DNA from: Eledone cirrhosa
Taxonomy: Eukaryota
Assembly (NCBI GenBank): GCA_964016885.1
Contig: OZ024740.1
Span: 58,156,001-58,220,000, forward strand
Direction of reading: 5' to 3'
Length of the DNA stretch: 64,000 nt
The position numbers and the translations under genes are program-made. This document shows, one piece after another, positions 57,988-64,000 of the stretch (position 1 is the stretch's first letter; every line of letters starts with the position of its first letter). Below the pieces are notes generated by a model that made no database searches, was not told where the DNA came from, and saw nothing but the letters and a program-made list of their open reading frames with translations.

Positions 57988-59502
57988 CTAGCATTAAAGC
58001 CCGGCGTTGCTCGGGGTCATTAAGTTACCAAAGTTAGGTTGCACCACCCATTTTATGGCAGCACTTTTTTGTCTGCTAGGCACTGGGTGAATGAATTGCA
58101 GACCTGGAAGCATGAGCTGCGCCAGCAGTGACAATTGTAGATTCGCCTATGGATATTATCTCTGTGCAAAAAAGTGTTGAAATTTATTGTTTCACAGTAC
58201 TTGCGCAACACGCGCGTAGACGATGCCAGCCGAACAACAGAGCTGCGATGGAGTTGTTCTGCATGGTTGTCTGTGTGTTTTCTGAATTTAAGACAGTAGG
58301 GAGTGTTGTGGGGAGGGGTGTGATATGGGGGAGAGTTAGCTGCTGTTTCTAGCAGGTTTAGCAACCTCATAGAGGATATGTGTTTTCTAAATTTAAGACA
58401 GTAGCGAGTGGTGTGATATCGAGGAGAGTTAGCTGCTGTTTCTAGCAGGTTTAGTAACCTCATAGAGGATATGTGTTTTCTAAATTTAAGACAGTAGGGA
58501 GTGGTGTGAACGGACAGTATCACCATCAAGCTTGGAAAGAGAAAGTAGCAGAAAGTATGAAGTTGTATAGATTTTCAATGGTAGTGGAAAGAGTTTAGCA
58601 GTTTAAATGACAGAGATAAATCGTAAAATATTGAGTTTTATCTATTTTTTGCGTAATTGTGGGTGAAATTGAAAAAATTATCTGCGTCAAGACGCAATCG
58701 AAACTGTTTCGATTATTGACTTGTAAATTTCAATTGAAGAAATTCTATATCGTAGATTTCTATAACGAAGGAGCATGACCACACACTGAGCTTTATAGAT
58801 TACTAGCATTAATGCTCGGGGTCATTAAGCTACCAAAGTTAGGTTGCACCACCCATTTTATGGCAGCACATTTTTGTCTGCCAGGCACTGGGTGAATGAA
58901 TTGCAGACCTGGAAGCATGAGCTGCGCCAGCAGTGACAATTGTAGTTTCGCCTATGGATATTATCTCTGTGCAAAAAAGTGTTGAAATTTATTGTTTCAC
59001 AGTACTTGCGCAACACGCGCGTAGACGATGCCAGCCGAACAACAGAGCTGCGATGGAGTTGTTCTGCATGGTTGTCTGTGTGTTTTCTAAATTTAAGACA
59101 AGGAGGGTTGTGATATGAGGGAGAGTTAGCTGTTGTTTCTAGCAGGTTTAGTGACCTCATAGAGGATATGTGTTTTCTAAATTTAAGACAGTAGGGAGTG
59201 GTGTGAACGGACAGTATCACCATCAAGCTTGGAAAGAGAAAGTAGCAGAAAGTATGAAGTTGTATAGATTTTGAATGGTAGTAGAAAGAGTTCAGCAGTT
59301 TAAATGAGAGAGAAAAATCGTAAAATATTGAGTTTTATCTATTTTTTGTGTAATTGTGGGTGAAATTGAAAAAATTATCTGCGTCAAGACACAATCGAAA
59401 TTATTTTTAGTCCTGAGTTGTAAATTTCAATTGAAGAAATTCTATATCGTAGATTTCTATAATAAAGGAGCATGACCACACACTGAGCTTTATAGATTAT
59501 GA
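57988..59502 (-). mobile_element. Head-to-tail dimer of a non-autonomous Helitron (units 57988-~58800 and 58803-59502)
   Basis: The - strand begins A|TC at 59502 and ends CCCGAGCAACGCCGGG-CTTTAATG-CTAG|T at 57988: canonical Helitron termini with an A-T target and no TSD. Confidence 0.8.
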
Positions 59503-59513
59503 TATATATATAT

Positions 59514-59545
<32 letters not shown>

Positions 59546-59676
59546 GCAAAAGTTCTATTTAAAATTGTTGGGATACAACAAGTAAATATTTTTATAACTG
59601 ATATAAAGCACTCGACAAATTTTTGGAGTAGATATACAATATTAATAAATGGAAACTATATTTATAAAACCATATT

Positions 59677-59741
59677 TATTTCATTATACATATTTCAGGG
59701 ATACCACATTAAATTATGGTATGCCTTCATCAGACAAAATA
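59677..59741 (-). ncRNA. Type-I hammerhead motif; inverted copy at 61559-61623 (+)
   Basis: TATTTTGT-CTGATGA-AGG-C-ATACCAT-AATTTAAT-GTGGTAT-C-CCT-GAAA-TATGTA-TA-ATGAAATA. Confidence 0.7.
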
Positions 59742-59945
59742 CAATATATAAATATAAATATGAATATAATAAACTACTCTAAAATGTCTAAACTTCCAAT
59801 GTATTAAATAAAATATACGTAAGGTAAATTTCTATATTAAATATAAGGTTATCTGTAGAATCATTGGGTTTTTAAATTTTTAAAATCTTTTAAATTATTT
59901 TTATTTGTTTTGATTATGATAGCTTCTCATAACTTTCACAAGTCT

Positions 59946-60293
59946 CATCATCATCATCACCGTTTTACGTCCGTTCTTCCACGCTAGCATGGGTTAGACG
60001 GGTTGTCCTGTTGTGGGCAGTGTCTGGTCGGCTGACCATGCCTTGCTCATACAGGAACTGATCTGGCTTGATTTCTACAGCTGGATGCCCTTCCTAACAC
60101 CAACCTCATTTACAGTGAGTGCTGGGTGCTTTTTCGTGGCGCCTACACGTCCACTTTACAGTGTGGGCTGGGTGCTTTTTTGCCGTGGCACCTCCACGAC
60201 CACCTTGCGGTGGGGGGAGTGGGGGCATATTGTTTATATGCTTCAGCTTGTACCCATGGGAGGTCGGGTATGGGTACATGCTGAAGCATATAA
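59946..60293 (-). mobile_element. Very short RTE family A copy with ~23-nt 5' inverted duplication and probable AAGTCT target-site duplication
   Basis: 3' UTR match. 60270-60293 is the reverse complement of 60233-60257. AAGTCT at 59940-59945 and 60292-60297. Confidence 0.85.
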
Positions 60294-61164
60294 GTCTACC
60301 CTCTCAATATCTTGATTGAGATATACGTAGGATAAATTTCTATACTAAATATATAAAACATATTATTTTAACTTAAGATACTCTATAGTGTTTTAATGAT
60401 ATTTAATGCTTTGATATTTCTGGATTTCTTTTGACTATATAGTTGCATTTTAAATTTGTATTGTTATGGTTATATTTACAAATTATAACCCTTTGGTAAT
60501 TTATTGATATTGGATTATCTCTATACAAATGCATATGTGTGTATTAATATGCATAGAAAGTGTTATAGATTTTTTGTGTTTGTATATGTGTCTCTATATA
60601 TACATGAGTGATGCATGAGGACGCACACAAATATTTATTATACATATGTATGTGTATATATGTGTGTGTATATATCTATGTGGTTGAGAGGTATTTGCAG
60701 ATGTGCATAATATTAAACACATGAATGGTAATCGTATATATGAGGACATGATTGTTAATCGTATATATTTGTATATATATACTGTGAAATTTTTATAACA
60801 CAATGAGTGTATAGCAGTGATTAAGAGAAATCATTTACGTTTTGTATGGCTATATTGTTGGCTTGAGTAAACATAATTTCTATTTTCAGGACGTGCGTAT
60901 CTATATGTATGTATATATACATATGTATTTGTATGTCTTTCCATAAAATACTAATCTCTATACCAAGGGTACATTTTGAACTCAGATTTTGGTATATTGA
61001 TCTCAAGTTTCTAAACTAAACATATGGTCATTATTGAACAATGTTTAATTTCTTATATTATATATCTATGTCCCATTCATGAATATTGATACTTATATTT
61101 ATATTTTTATTATTCATTTCATAGAAATTGTTAACTTAACTTAATATGACATGACGTAAAGTTG

Positions 61165-61445
61165 TCACTGTCCCCCTCTCTCTATATAGTATTTCTCTCT
61201 CTTGAGTTTCTCTTTCTGTATGATGACTTAATATCTCTCTGTTGCTTTCCTTTGTTTTTCTTATTCCTTTGTTTTTCTTATTCCTTCCTTTTCTCTCTTT
61301 TTTATTTCCTCTTATCTTTATCTATCTCTTTCTTTTCTCCATACTTTTCTCTCTCTCTCCGATATTTCTCCAGGTTTTCTTTCTCTTTTCTTTCTCTCTC
61401 TCTGTCTTTGTTCTTTTCTATTTCTTTCTCTCCGTCTTTTTCTAA
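61165..61445. repeat. CT-rich polypyrimidine tract
   Basis: Direct reading. Confidence 0.85.
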
Positions 61446-61710
61446 TTGTGCTTAACACTATGACTTATATGAACAAATCACTATCCAGACAGCCTCCAAA
61501 AGTAATGGTTGTATTTTAAAGGGTACGTCAAACCTATTTGTAAAACTGTTATATATTGTATTTTGTCTGATGAAGGCATACCATAATTTAATGTGGTATC
61601 CCTGAAATATGTATAATGAAATAAATATGGTTTTATAAATATAGTTTCCATTTATTAATATTGTATATATATATATATATATATACACATATATATATAT
61701 ATATATATAT

Positions 61711-62448
61711 AGAAAGATTTGAATGGATACAGTTTAGTTGAAAGGAATTTATTGACACGTGTTTCTATAACAGTTACATAACCTAAAACAGCTATCTACA
61801 AACTTTTAGTTATGCAGACATTCAATATTTCAATGTTATTATTTACTGTCATTTCATCAGAATAATATTACTGAGGACCTATTTAGTTTTTATAGAGAAT
61901 ATTAGGAGGGAGGGGTGAAGTTGTTAGAAGAATAGTTGAAGGAGTGGTTTTTCGATAGCAGTGAGAATTCTTGGTGGCAGTGAGTAATTAGATTCCCATC
62001 TGTTGTTTTGACATTTTTTATAGAATATATTATTGGTTATTTTTCTAAATCTATAGAAGGATTAGAGATAGTAAAGATATGCGTGGTTGGTTTTGTGTTT
62101 GCACTTAACATTCAGACTTAAATTTTTCTTTCAAGTGTACGTATTCTTTCACCCACGCATTCACACACAAATATATTTGCACACCTCTACAAAATACATA
62201 TACTCACAATTCACATATTCATACTTACATATATATACACATGCATACACATATATATACACACATGTATTCATGTACATACATACGCGCTCATGTGTAT
62301 ACATTTTCATACTCAACTTATCTTTATATATACACACGTATAGACACACACATATATACATACATACTCTAGTCCATGTGTACACACATACACATACATA
62401 CACATCCATATACACATACATACATACACACATACATACACACATATA

Positions 62449-62504
<56 letters not shown>

Positions 62505-63548
62505 CATACATATACATATATACACATATATACATATACACACACACACATATATATATATATAAGCACTTTAATACATGAATACACTTACATCTAACTA
62601 TACACATCAAACATATATATATATTTACTTATTTATATACATTTTCACATATATATACATACTTATGGACGTTTTTAGACACATTCATTATCGCATATTT
62701 GTACCTATTCTCATCAGCATATCTTTTCATTATTAGTATGGTAATTTAAGGTTATTAATATATGTTGAGAAGAGATTGTTTTTATATTTTTCTAACTAGA
62801 TTAAGGTTTATATAGATGGGGGATGTCCCTCTTTTATGTAATATTCTGCTTGTAGTGGGAAAAAAGGGTTTTAGTTCTGTGACGGCAGAATAATGTTCGT
62901 TCAATTCTGTTATTCAGCAGTTTCTTCTTGTGTGTGATTATGTAATAAATCTCAAGATTACACAATTTTAATGTAACAACTTTAGCAGAAAAAGCTTGGA
63001 CGCTCAGGGATAGCAATCAAAAGTTTACCCTAAAATGGGAAAAATTAGCTAAAACCCAAAGCTTTTCCAGGAGCCAAAATTTCTGCAAATTGTGTAATCT
63101 TGAGATTTATTACATAATCACACACAAGAAGAAACTGCTGAATAACAGAATTGAACGAACATTATTCTGCCGTCACAGAACTAAAACCCTTTTTTCCCAC
63201 TACAAGCAGAATATTACATAAAAGAGGGACATCCCCCAACTATATAAACCTTAATCTAGTTAGAAAAATATAAAAACAATCTCTTCTCAACATATATTAA
63301 TAACCTTAAATTACCATACTAATAATGAAAAGATATGCTGATGAGAATAGGTACAAATATGCGATAATGAATGTGTCTAAAAACGTCCATAAGTATGTAT
63401 ATATATGTGAAAATGTATATAAATAAGTAAATATATATATATGTTTGATGTGTATAGTTAGATGTAAGTGTATTCATGTATTAAAGTGCTTATATATATA
63501 TATATGTGTGTGTGTATATGTATATATGTGTATATATGTATATGTATG

Positions 63549-63604
<56 letters not shown>

Positions 63605-64000
63605 TATATGTGTATGTATGTATGTGTATATGGATGTGTATGTATGTGTATGTGTGTACACATGGACTAGAGTATGTATGTATATATGTGTGTGTCTATA
63701 CGTGTGTATATATAAAGATAAGTTGAGTATGAAAATGTATACACATGAGCGCGTATGTATGTACATGAATACATGTGTGTATATATATGTGTATGCATGT
63801 GTATATATATGTAAGTATGAATATGTGAATTGTGAGTATATGTATTTTGTAGAGGTGTGCAAATATATTTGTGTGAATGCGTGGGTGAAAGAATACGTAC
63901 ACTTGAAAGAAAAATTTAAGTCTGAATGTTAAGTGCAAACACAAAACCAACCACGCATATCTTTACTATCTCTAATCCTTCTATAGATTTAGAAAAATAA
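61711..64000. mobile_element. PLE family C: 5'-truncated element on + with a >0.9-kb inverted duplication on its 5' side
   Basis: 62037-62968 is the reverse complement of 63087-64000 (runs off the window), with a 118-nt spacer. Confidence 0.88.
62970..63221 (+). pseudogene. C-terminal half of a PLE GIY-YIG endonuclease (family C)
   Basis: NVTTLAEKAWTLRDSNQKFTLKWEKLAKTQSFSRSQNFCKLCNLEIYYIITHKKKLLNNRIERTLFCRHRTKTLF: the T-L-S/A..W..KW..CxLC..E..LN.R.E..CRH signature. Not in the ORF track because it lacks a start codon. Confidence 0.85.

Noticed and set aside
58053-59226. 158-aa and 122-aa ORFs inside the Helitron units
   Set aside because: No Rep/helicase motifs I can recognise, and length is partly due to internal repeats.
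63335-63420. CTGATGA followed distantly by GAAA
   Set aside because: No stem II or stem I pairing, so not counted as a hammerhead.

Overview
This is very AT-rich animal DNA with no recognisable host gene. The RTE/SINE 3' tails (GGTTGGTGTTAGGAAGGGCATCC...CCCATGCTAGCGTGGAA...(GAT)n) resemble repeats I recall from octopod cephalopods; that assignment is an inference. Roughly a third of the window is G-interrupted (TA)n microsatellite, and mobile elements are embedded in it. (1) Two RTE-clade LINE families: one intact 1039-aa APE-RT ORF with a C4HC3 PHD-type finger, preceded by a 4.8-kb array of ~400-bp monomers, plus eight truncated or defective copies. (2) At least three Penelope-like element (PLE) families with RT and/or GIY-YIG coding sequence. 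(3) A tandem non-autonomous Helitron. (4) A bipartite RTE derivative. The least annotated signal is RNA structure. By eye I find about 20 type-I hammerhead ribozyme (HHR) motifs from about nine sequence families. Two related non-coding 467-484-bp tandem-repeat families (retrozyme-like) keep the same fold while their stem sequences differ almost completely. Most HHR-bearing insertions carry a head-to-head inverted duplication at their 5' end and terminate in (TA)n, which suggests a PLE-driven, microsatellite-targeting ribozyme retroelement system. All folds and alignments were done manually, and none has been computed or tested.
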